Assembly: GCA_965203295.1 (NCBI GenBank)
Contig: CBDBCZ010000015.1
Coordinates: forward strand, 896,001-960,000
Direction: 5' to 3'
Source: Nitrospirales bacterium
GTDB lineage: Bacteria > Nitrospirota > Nitrospiria > Nitrospirales > UBA8639
DNA: 64,000 nucleotides
Below the pieces are notes generated by a model. It saw nothing but the letters and a program-made list of their open reading frames with translations. It was not told where the DNA came from and ran no database searches. Positions 30,421-40,600 of the stretch are shown piece by piece. Each line of letters begins with the position of its first letter. Positions within the stretch are counted from its first letter, which is position 1. Made by a program: the position numbers and the translations under genes.

Positions 30421-30700
30421 AAAGAACTGGTTTAAGATTCAATAGCTCGTTTAGTTTGAATGATATTAGTCACATACAATACATTCTTAGGAAGTAAGGA
30501 TTTTCACTAATAATTGGTACAATTTTAGCTTTATTGGTCTCTGGCAACTTTCAGTCAAAACAACTAGCTACCATTGATCTGACCCTTACTAACTGTCTAG
30601 GTAGAGAACTGGTTTAAGATTCAATAGCTTGTTTAGTTTGAATGATGTTAGTCAGATAAAATACATTCTTAGGAAGTAAGGGTTTTCACTGAAAATTATC
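30421..30700 (+). repeat. Divergent long (~182 bp) satellite monomers at the array edge (type C/D)
   Basis: Core variant CTGGTTTAAGATTCAATAGC at 30427 and 30609. The B-type head (ATACAATACATTCTTAGGAAGTA) runs directly into an A-type tail (AGG(G/A)TTTTCACT...). Confidence 0.85.
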
Positions 30701-30872
30701 GCAACGATCGTCCCAGACTCATCCACCCAACTCATGTCAAGAAGATTGTTGAAATTTCCCCCCCCTGAGGGAAGGCTCTGGAAGGGAGCTCCGCCATCTA
30801 CATGATACAGCACAGCACCAGAACACCTTGTTTGAATGGCGAAGGTCCAGCCAAGAAACTGCAGTATATCTG
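30701..30872 (+). mobile_element. Degenerate BEL/Pao LTR-retrotransposon gag (DUF1759-like) fragment
   Basis: Translates as NDRPRLIHPTHVKKIVEISP, then a frameshift in a C8 run, then LREGSGRELRHLHDTAQH-QNTLFEWRRSSQE. This resembles the recalled Pao gag pattern 'YDRPRLIHQTHVRKI.E.P.LKDGSGKELRRLHD..QQH...D..T.FEW...SQ' with an internal deletion. Confidence 0.7.
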
Positions 30873-30989
30873 TGAGATTACGGCCTGTGAGTTGCAGGAG
30901 CATGTGCATGCATATACATATACGTATATGTAGTTGCCTTTGGCTGCTGATTGTGAAAGCTGACCCTTCTTACCCTCTCCCCGTTCAAG

Positions 30990-31074
30990 GATGATCTACC
31001 TGGGAGAAAATTTCAGTGGCTTTGTTACCGTTCACAACGACAGCCAGGATGTGGTGAAGGAAACCATCTTTAAG
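30990..31074 (+). pseudogene. TRAPPC13: TRAPPC13-like exon ('exon 4'), 85 nt
   Basis: CTGAC branch-like motif, pyrimidine tract and AG|, then g+MIYLGENFSGFVTVHNDSQDVVKETIFK, then |GTAGGT. Aligns without gaps to recalled human [28 protein letters not shown]. Confidence 0.9.
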
Positions 31075-31494
31075 GTAGGTTGCAGCAGAGCCAAGGAGTG
31101 AGCGTCTGTACAAAATGTCATGTAACAGACAGAACTATGTACGTATATGATCTCTGTCTGGTCTTGCAGTCACCAAGTAATTAAAACTACATAGTGTCGT
31201 GTCGTATTGCCAGTTTTATTTTCATGACCATAAAATATCGGTGTGGGAAGGCTTAGTTGCGACCCTAGCAATATTAGGACAAATTATGCATGTAATGCAT
31301 AGGTATAGGAGATGGCTGACTCTGTCTGTACTGAAGTTTTGTGTCTGAAGGCCATACAGATCTGCTCCGTTTATATTCCTTATAAGGACAAGTCACAAAT
31401 GTCTATCGCTAATTGCTGCTATAGTTACTGCTCACTGCAGCACTTATCTTGAACTTGGCAGTGTGTATAGTAGTTGCGTCTTCACATTGTACAG

Positions 31495-31584
31495 GTGGAA
31501 CTATTGACTCCTTCCAGCTGGACCCGGGGGGAGGTGTTAAGATCGAATCATAGCACATGAAGTAAAGGAACTGGGAGAGCACAG
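31495..31584 (+). pseudogene. TRAPPC13: TRAPPC13-like exon ('exon 5'), shortened and frameshifted, 90 nt
   Basis: TACAG| ... |GTAAGA. The entry frame gives VELLTPSS (cf. ADLQTSSQ) and reaches TGA at 31558. The +1 frame from 31541 gives DRIIAHEVKELGEH (cf. DDVIHHEVKEIGTH). Confidence 0.85.
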
Positions 31585-31717
31585 GTAAGAGATATACGTA
31601 GCCTTGATTCGAAGCTATAAGAGATACACATAACTGTCTATGTAGGTAATGAGAGAGTGTATCTGCATTGAAGGGAATGAGTGGGCGAGAACATCAACAT
31701 AGAAGTATGTTATGTAG

Positions 31718-31751
31718 CTTCATATGTGACTTACATTATCTGGACGTGGAT
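31718..31751 (+). pseudogene. Possible 5' remnant of the next TRAPPC13 exon ('exon 6')
   Basis: TGTAG|c then FICDLHYLDVD, in the phase expected after 'exon 5' (cf. LVCAVSY). The conserved FRKFFKF motif is absent. Confidence 0.3.
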
Positions 31752-31999
31752 CTATGTTACATTCACCTGTAAAGGATATCTCCACTGTCTTTCCAGTGCT
31801 AGGTACGGCCTCGAATGCTTTTTGTTTGTGAAGTCGCATGCACGCCTTCCAAAACCCTCATAGCGGTTTTTAAAGTACCAATCTCTTGATTTCCTCAACT
31901 TTATATACTACTACAGCCTCATCTGTACTTCCACCTATACTGCCACCTTGTGCACGAAGCAAACACTCTGAACCAGTGCTGGCAAACTCCTGGAACTGA

Positions 32000-32360
<361 letters not shown>

Positions 32361-32371
32361 ACTGCATACAG

Positions 32372-32440
32372 TTATGCGGCTGACAAAGCTGTCTCTAATG
32401 ACGTCGGTTCCAGTGCTGGGAGAGCCATGGAGCAGGCTGG
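32372..32440 (+). pseudogene. TRAPPC13: TRAPPC13-like exon ('exon 2'), 69 nt
   Basis: TACAG|tt MRLTKLSLMTSVPVLGEPWSRL g|GTGAGT. Gap-free match to recalled human [22 protein letters not shown]. Phase 1 at both ends. Confidence 0.88.
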
Positions 32441-33129
32441 GTGAGTACAGTCAGTATATTTGATACTCATTGTATAATGAACCCATTCCAGTATTTCTGA
32501 CGCAATGAATTTTGAGATGTCAGGGGTTGAAAACAGACCAATTAAATTCAATCTATTAAATTTTAGCAGGCTAAGTGACTTAATTGCTGACAAAGTAAAG
32601 AGGCTGTGGTTTTGATAGTTAACTGCTCTAGTAATTTCTACTATGACTGACACTAACTGTATGGTAAAGTACAATTGTGATATGCAGCCATTTATGATTA
32701 CTTATTGTATGTGGTTATACTGAAAGTCTACAGCTAGTTTAATTACGTATTACTACAGCTTCTGACTAAACTCAGTTCCTCCTGTTTCTGCATAGTCTCA
32801 GTATGCTTCTTGTAGTGCATGTAAACATTTTGCTGTTCTTAGCAATTAATCTAACAGCGTTCATCGCACGTTGATCAGCAATACACACTGTAGTACATGT
32901 ACATGTAAGCTCAAGAAGGAGCTTGATAAATCCACCCTAATTACAAACTATAACATTTTCAGTACTAGCCTCTCTTACTCGGCCAGTCATGTAGTTCTGA
33001 AGATAGGTTTCTAACTTGTTTTCCACATGTGCATACATCTGAGGCTCATTATACCATATTACAATGCATGCATAAAATTTTACCTTTGTTTATTAACATT
33101 GCTGTGCATGTGCATGTACTTACATGTAG

Positions 33130-33229
33130 GTACAGCAGTGCAAGATGAAATGGAAGCTGACATAAGGACCCCTCGTTGTTTACCAGCCTTTGCATCTGGG
33201 GAACTGCTAGCACTACCACACAATTTCAA
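33130..33229 (+). pseudogene. TRAPPC13: TRAPPC13-like exon ('exon 3'), 100 nt
   Basis: TGTAG|gt TAVQDEMEADIRTPRCLPAFASGELLALPHNF aa|GTAAGA. Same length as, and C-terminally similar to, recalled human [32 protein letters not shown]. Phase 1 in and phase 2 out, compatible with both 'exon 2' and 'exon 4'. Confidence 0.88.
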
Positions 33230-33572
33230 GTAAGATTAAACTGGGCTGGAGAAAATTAGTGTGTCTGGCTTCAGTGTCTAGCAGTTGGGTGTTGCTAACT
33301 TTTGGGTTGACTTAGGAAATCATGTTTATCAGTAGTTTTTCTATTGTAATTGGAGGATTAGGAGACCAGAGAAAAGCTAAACTACAGTAGAGCCTTAGTT
33401 CACTTTTAATTCATGGAGGCTTTCCTAGTGTGAGTCAAATTAAGAGCTGTATGTAGCTGCTGGTCAGCTCTAGGTGCTACACACACCATCACCACACTCA
33501 CAAAGCCCAAATAGCTGTCAGTGTTTCAGTTCTTTGTACTTTACTTATGATAGTATGTTTGTATACTTACAG

Positions 33573-33641
33573 TACATTGGCCCTATTACATTCGTGGACA
33601 TACTTTCAAATCAGAAGAAATGCATTAGTAAGATTGGACAG
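33573..33641 (+). other. Unassigned exon-like segment, 69 nt
   Basis: TTTGTATACTTACAG| ... CAG|GTATTT. Two frames are open. No product recognised. Confidence 0.3.
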
Positions 33642-33856
33642 GTATTTGTAGAACACTTACCAAATGGTACTTTGACACAAGGCTTTTTGCATCTTACCTC
33701 CTAGTTATATTTGTTTGTTCACACAGTTGTGTAAACAAGTGTACATTTGTTGTGGAAGTAGATTGAGTGTCACCTGTGCATGGGCTGTGGGGCATGGGTG
33801 GGGTGGGGTGACAACTTGCACTGGCCTACACTTGTACTTTTCTTGTCTCTGTTAAG

Positions 33857-33977
33857 GGCACCTGGTAACTTCAGTGGTAGTCACAGAATCAAACCCATTA
33901 CTTTCAGTATCAGCATGGCATGTGGAGGAGTGTCAGCATCAGGCTATCAGCACATGTCTCTTCCACATGCCAATACT
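33857..33977 (+). other. Unassigned exon-like segment, 121 nt
   Basis: Strong pyrimidine tract CTTTTCTTGTCTCTGTTAAG| and consensus donor |GTAAGT. Open frame APGNFSGSHRIKPITFSISMACGGVSASGYQHMSLPHANT. Confidence 0.4.
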
Positions 33978-34084
33978 GTAAGTGATGGATGCTGTAGAAT
34001 GTAAGTGGGCTGGCTTGTGAAACTACTTTAGTGAACCAGACACTATGAATATTCTACAGTTGTATGTTTTCAATTGCAAGGCCT

Positions 34085-34532
34085 TTCATCATGGAGTACG
34101 GTAGTACTCCATATGTAGGGATGGCACGGGAAAAAAATGGCATCCCCATATCACACGTACAAAATCATACTTTCAGAACTCGCTTCTGATTATAGTCATA
34201 GGCTTTTATGAGCCATACCATGACATCTCGAGTGTTTTCAACAGCAACAAGACTGTTAGCGTTGCTAGAAAGCTTCGCTGGAGTACCAAACCGGCAAGTC
34301 GACACACTGGGTGGGAGGGGCGTATTAGTCAACTTCTTTCTTTCTTTCTTTCTTTCTTCTTCAGCCAGGCTAGCGCAATGATGGCTTAAGCGATCACAAT
34401 AATTCAAGCGCGAACAAACTGGATATTCTCTGGGGTATTGCACCCGTAGCATAACTTTATCAAAGAAATCGAATAGGTTCAGCAGTGATTTACGAGTAGT
34501 CTCGAGTGGAGGCTCGCCGTTCCACACCATTT
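34085..34532 (+). repeat. Dispersed repeat copy 1 (putative non-autonomous element with 5' hairpin)
   Basis: Start (CATGGAGTAC...TCCATATGTAGGGATGGC...GGCATCCCC...GTACAAAAT...TCAGAACTCG) and end (CTCGAGTGGAGGCT...CACCATT) align with 35047-35283. Perfect hairpin GGAGTAC-GGTA-GTACTCC at 34093-34110. Confidence 0.65.
34333..34362 (+). repeat. (TTTC)n short microsatellite
   Basis: CTTCTTTCTTTCTTTCTTTCTTTCTTCTTC. Confidence 0.9.
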
Positions 34533-34787
34533 AATGACTACTGTTCCGTTCCGTTCCGGGTTTTAGTACCGCCCCATTTAATGACTTTACGTGTTTGTCT
34601 ATTTAACGCCTACCTTTGATCGTGTAGCTCTCCGAGCCTGTACTGCATCTCCTGGTTAATCACTGCGTAAGTCACACGAACTTTTAGCTAGAATACTCAC
34701 ATGGTTGAGTATCTGTTGGTTGGCCCAAGTCCAAACGGCTTCTGGCCAGAGGTACTGTTTTAAGAATGGGATGAGTAGTATGGCAGC

Positions 34788-34972
34788 TAAGTGAGGGGTT
34801 GTCCGAATGGTGGAGTGGTCCGGAAATGCTAAACCTTTCTGTCTGTCTTTGTTATCTATCGTGAGCGACTGTTGTTGGCTTGCTATGAATACAAACACGG
34901 GCAGATAAGTCAATTGGAAGTGAGGCTTATCACATCTGGACAACCCCTACAGTCTGGATACCCCCTCACTTA
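34788..34972. mobile_element. Putative MITE (~185 bp) with terminal inverted repeats
   Basis: TAAGTGAGGGG (34788-34798) is inverted to CCCCTCACTTA (34962-34972), with TA on both outer ends. An additional inverted pair is AGGGGTTGTCC / GGACAACCCCT (34794-34804 / 34938-34948). Confidence 0.6.
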
Positions 34973-35046
34973 CTCTTCTGGAGGGTGCAGGCACTTAGAA
35001 ACTGCAATACATATCATTACATGTCCTTGGTGATAATTTGCAGTTC

Positions 35047-35283
35047 ATTTTCATGGTGTACAGAACTATTCCATATGTAGTGATGGCTCTGAAAAAAGGC
35101 ATCCCCTTTAAATGTGTACAAAATGACATACTCAGAACTCGATCCGCTGTAGGTGTAGTCTATGGCTAATATGAGCCCTAGCTAGCTACCACTTATTCAC
35201 GTGCGCTGTTTTCAATGAAACTCTGATCAGTTTAGCACTGATAACGAGCCTCTCGAGTGGACGCTTACCACTCACGCACCATT
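35047..35283 (+). repeat. Dispersed repeat copy 2 (shorter, diverged)
   Basis: CATGGTGTAC...TCCATATGTAGTGATGGC...GGCATCCCC...GTACAAAAT...TCAGAACTCG ... CTCGAGTGGACGCT...CACCATT. 3' hairpin GAGTGG/CCACTC at 35255-35273. Confidence 0.65.
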
Positions 35284-36544
35284 GTATTGTGGGATACGCA
35301 TGCGCAGACTGCCTGCCTGCCCTTGATTGTGCTGTTAGGACCTTTTGCTCTCGAGTGGAAGTGTGAAAGTGCATGAATTCAAGGTTCTCTTATTCATTTC
35401 ATGTGTGCTGGTTTTGGAATTGCGATGTGCTTAGCATGTAGAGGAACAAAAGGGCCCAGAATAAATGGTACATTCAAAACTGACAAAGTATAAAGGCAGC
35501 AACTAGCCTAGCAGCTTTCCGTGCTAGCTATAGTACTGACACTGACAAGAAAAGGGCAGCTTCACGTGCCAGTTACATAGCTGACCCTGACATGAGACCT
35601 TCCCCATGCACATGCACATGCAGACGAAGGCCTTTCTGATGCTGACTGGAGTATAAATTGAAACATATACTACACGCACCATTCTCAAACACTTTCCATT
35701 CCAACACCATCCACTATGCACATTTACACCTACACATTTGCTACCACCTCTCAAAAAAAATGCCCCAAAACAAGTTACAGAAAAAGCACTTTGCCAAAAA
35801 GTGCAAAAACAAGACATGTAGGGATGCACTTCCACCAAAAAACACTTCCCCAAAAACCAATGAAACAAGCGACAGTGCACACCGTAATGCATGCACAGAC
35901 TACCCACACATTTACCGCGTAGCAGATTAGGAAAGAAGTATTTTATATAAAATCGTTAGTTTTGTTGGTCTCTAGCAAAGACTTTGAGCCAAAGTAACTA
36001 GCTACCATTGATCTGACCCTTCCCAACTGTTTAGGAAAAGAACCTGTTATTCAAAGGCTTGATTAGTTTTAATGATGTTAGTCGGATACAATACATGTTT
36101 AGGAAGTGTCGATGTTCAAGAAAGGAACTGGTTATTCAAAGGCTTGTTTAGTTTGGTTGATGTTAGTCTGAAGATTAGGAAAGAAGAATTTTATTGAAAA
36201 TTGTTAGTTTTGTTGGTCTCAGGCAAAGACTTTCAGCCAAAGTAACTGGCTACCATTGATCTGACCCTTCCCAACTGTTTAGAAAAAGAACTGGTTATTC
36301 AAAGGCTTGATTAGTTTTAATGATGTTAGTCGGATACAATACATGTTTAGGAAGTGTCGATGTTCAAGAAAGGAACTGGTTATTCAAAGGCTTGTTTAGT
36401 TTGGTTGATGTTAGTCTGAAGATTAGGAAAGAAGGATTTTATTGAAAATTGTTAGTTTTGTTGGTCTCATGCAAAGACTTTCAGCCAAAGTAACTGGCTA
36501 CCATTGATCTGACCCTTCCCAACTGTTTTGGAAAAGAACTGGTT

Positions 36545-37620
36545 ATTCAAAGGCTTGTTTAGTTTGAATGATGTTAGTCAAATACAATACATTCTTAGGA
36601 AGAATTTGTTTTTTTTGGTCTCAGGCAAAGACTTTAAGCCAAAGTAACTGGCTACCAATGATCTGAACCTTCCCAACTGTTTAGGAAAAGAACTGGTTAT
36701 TCAAAGGCTTGTTTTGTTTAAATGATGTTAGTCAAATACAACACATGCTTAGGAAGTGTTGATGTTAAAGAAAGGAACTTGTTATTCAAAAGCTTGTTTA
36801 GTTTTAGTCTGAAGATTAGGAAAGAAGAATATTATTGTTAGCTTTGTTGGTCTCTGGCAAAGTCTTTAAGCCAAGGTAACTAGCTACCTTTATATATCTG
36901 ACCCTTCCCAACTGTTTAGAAAAAGAACTGGTTATTCAAAGGCTTGTTTAGTTTGAATGATGTTAGTCAAATACAATACATGCCTTGGAAGTATCGATGT
37001 TCAAGAAAGGAACTTGTTATTCAAAGGCTTGTTCAGTTATGTTGATGTTAGTCTGAAGATTAGGAAAGAAGGATTTATTGAAAATGATTAGTTTTGTTGG
37101 TCTCTGGCAAAGACTTTAAGCCAAAGTAACAAGCTACCATTGATCTTACCCTTCCCAACTGTTTAGGAAAAGAACTGGTTATGCAAAGGCTTGTTTAGTT
37201 TGAATGATGTTAGTCAAATACAATACATTCTTAGGAAGAATTTGTTTTTTTTGGTCTCAGGCAAAGACTTTAAGCCAAAGTAACTGGCTACCAATGATCT
37301 GAACCTTCCCAACTGTTTAGGAAAAGAACTGGTTATTCAAAGGCTTTTTTTGTTTAAATGATGTTAGTCAAATACAATACATGCTTAAGAAGTATTGATG
37401 TTAAAGAAAGGAACTTGTTATTCAAAGGCTTGTTTAGTTTTAGTCTGAAGATTAGGAAAGAAGAATATTATTGTTAGCTTTGTTGGTCTCTGGCAAAGAC
37501 TTTAAGCCAAGGTAACTAGCTACCTTTATATATCTGACCCTTCCCAACTGTTTAGAAAAAGAACTGGTTATTCAAAGGCTTGTTTAGTTTGAATGATGTT
37601 AGTCAAATACAATACATGCT
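36545..37620 (+). repeat. 636-bp tandem block duplication within satellite
   Basis: Markers AGAATTTGTTTTTTTGG at 36601/37237 and TATATATCTG at 36891/37527. Boundaries approximate. Confidence 0.85.
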
Positions 37621-40600
37621 AAGGAAGTATCGATGTTCAAAAAAGGAACTGGTTATTCAAAAGCTTGTTTAGTTTGGTTGATGTTAGTCTGAAGATTAGG
37701 AAAGAAGGATTTTATTCAAAAATTGTTAATTTTGTTGGTCTCTGGCAAAGACTTTAAGCCAAGGTAACTAGCTACCATTTGTCTGACCCTTCCCAACTGT
37801 CTTGGAAAGGAACTGGTTTAAGATTCAATCATTTGTTTAGTTTAAATGATGTTTGTCAGATACAATACATACATGCTTTGAAAGTAAGGGTTTTCACTAA
37901 TAATTGGTACAATTTTAGCTTTATTGGTCTCAGGAAACTTTAAGTCAAAACAACTAGCTACCCTTGATCTGACCCTTCCTAACTTTCTACGTAGAGAACT
38001 TGTTTAAGATTCAATAGCTTGTTTAGTTTGAGTGATGTTAGTCAGATACAATACATACTTAGGAAGTAAGGGTTTTGACTGAAAATTATCAGTTTAATTG
38101 TTCTCAGGCAAAGACTTTCAGCCAAACTAAGTAGCTACCATTGATCTGACCCTTCCCAAGTGTGTAGGAAAGAAATTGGTGTAAGATTTAATAGGTTGTT
38201 TAGTTTGAATGATGTTAGTCGGATACAATACATGTTTAGGAAGTATCGATGTTAAAGAAAGGAACTGGTTATTCAAAGGCTTATTTAGTTTAGTTGATGT
38301 TAGTCTGAAGATTAGGAAAGGAGGATTTGATTGAAAATTGTTAGTTTTGTTGGTCTCAGGTAAAGACTTTCAGCCAAAGTATCTAGCTACCATTGATCTG
38401 ACCCCTCCCAACTGTCTTGGAAAGGAACTGGTTTGTGATTCAATCATTTGTTTAGTTTAAATGATGTTTGTCAGATACAATACATACATGCTTAGAAAGT
38501 AAGGGTTTTCACTAATAATTGGTACAATTTTAGCTTTATTGGTCTCAGGAAACTTTCAGTCAAAACAACTAGCTACCATTGATCTGACCCTTCCCAACTG
38601 TCTAGGAAAGAAATTGTTTTAAGATTTTATAGCTTGTTTAGTTTGAATGATGTTAGTCGGATACAATACATGCTTAGGAAGTATCGATGTTCAAGACCGG
38701 AACTGGTTATTCAAAGGCTTGTTTAGTTTGGTTGATGTTAGTCTGAAGATTAGGAAAGAAGGATTTCATTGAAAATTTTTAGATTTGTTGGTCTCTGGCA
38801 AAGACTTTATGCCAAAGTCACTAATACAACCATTGATCTGACTCTTCCCAACTGTTTAAAAAAGAACTGGTTATTCAAAGGCTTGTTTAGTTTGAATGAT
38901 GTTAGTCAGATACAATACACGCTTAGGAAGTATCGATGTTCAAGAAAGGAACTTGTTATTCAAGGGCTTGTATAGTTTCGTTGATGTTAGTCTGAAAATT
39001 AGGAAAGAAGGATTTTAATGAAAATTATTAGTTTTGTTGGTCTCTAGCAAAGACTTTCAGCCAAAGTTACTAGCTACCTTTAATCTGACTCTTCCCAACA
39101 TTTTAGAAAAAGAGCTGGTTATTCAAAAGCTTGTTAGTTTGAATGATGTTAGTCTGATGATTATAAAAGAAGGATTTTATTGAAAATTGATAGTTTTATT
39201 GGTCTCTAGCAAAGACTTTAAGCCAAAGTAACTAGCTACCATACCATTTATCTGACCCTTCCGAACTGTTTAGAAAATGAACTGGTTATTCAAAGGCCTG
39301 TTTAGTTTTGTTGACGTTAGCCTGAAGATTAGGAAAGAAGGATTTTATTGAAAATTGTTAGTTTTGTTGGTCTCTAGCAAAGACTTTAAGCCAAAGTCAC
39401 TAGCTACCATTGATCTTACCCTTCCCAACTGTTTTGGAAAAGAACCTGTTATTCAAAGGCTTATTTAGTTTGAATGATGTTAGTCATATACAATACATGT
39501 TTAGGAAGTATCGATGTTCAAGAAAGGAACTTGTTATTCAAAGGCTTATTTAGTTTGGTTGATGTTAGTCTGAAGATTAGGAAAGAAGGATTTTATTGAA
39601 AATTGTTAGTTTTGTTGGTCTCAGGCAAAGACTTTCAGCAAAAGTAACTAGCTACCATTGATCTGACCCTTCCTAACTGTTTAGGAAAAGAACTGGTTAT
39701 TCAAAGGCTTGTTTAGTTTGAATGATGTTAGTCTGAAGATTAGGAATGAAGGATTTTATTGAAAATTGTTAGTTTTGTTGGTCTCAGGCAAAGACTTTCA
39801 GCCAAAGTAACTGGCTACCATTGATCTGACCCTTCCCAACTGTTTAGGAAAAGAACTGGTTATTCAAAGGCTTGATTAGTTTTAATGATGTTAGTCGGAT
39901 ACAATACATGTTTAGGAAGTGTCGATGTTCAAGAAAAAAACTGGTTATTCAAAGGCTTGTTTAGTTTGGTTGATGTTAGTCTGAAGATTAGGAAAGAAGG
40001 ATTTTATTGAAAATTGTTAGTTTTGTTGGTCTCAGGCAAAGACTTTCAGCAAAAGTAACTAGCTACCATTGATCTGACCCTTCCTAACTGTTTAGGAAAA
40101 GAACTGGTTATTCAAAGGCTTGTTTAGTTTGAATGATGTTAGTCTGAAGTTTAGAAAAGGAGTTTATTGAAAATTGTTAGTTTTGTTGGTCTCTAGCAAA
40201 GACTTTAAGCCAAAGTAACTAGCTACCATTTATCTGACCCTTCCCAACTGTTTAGAAAAGAACTTGTTATTCAAAGGCCTGTTTAGTTTTGTTGATGTTA
40301 GCCTGAAGATTAGGAAAGAAGGATTTTATTGAAAATTGTTAGTTTTGTTGGTCTCTTGCAATGACTTTAATTAAGCCAAAGTTACTAGCTACCATTGATC
40401 TGACCTTTCCGAACTATTTAGAAAAAGTGCTGGTTATTCAAAGGCTTGTTTGTTTGAATGATATTAGTCATATACAATACATGCTTAGGAAGTATCAATG
40501 TTCAAGAAAGGAACTGGTTATTCAAAGGCTTGTTAGTTTGGTTGATGTTAGTCTGAAGATTAGGAAAGGAGGATTTTATTGAAAATTGTTAGTTTTGTTG

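Larger units (their letters stand above)
1..30700 (+). repeat. Tandem satellite array, left block (163-bp unit A + 85-bp unit B, 248-bp AB)
   Basis: Core GAACTGGTTATTCAAAGGCTTGTTTAGTTTnnnTGATGTTAGTC recurs throughout. Measured A spacing is 163 bp (19746, 19909, 20072) and B spacing is 85 bp (3861, 3946). The array ends mid-monomer at ...GAAAATTATC 30700. Confidence 0.98.

Noticed and set aside
34165..35930. ORFs 34165-34530, 34656-34943, 35186-35374, 35524-35907, 35658-35930, 35716-35922
   Set aside because: They overlap repeats, the MITE or the skewed low-complexity tract, and show no recognisable domain.
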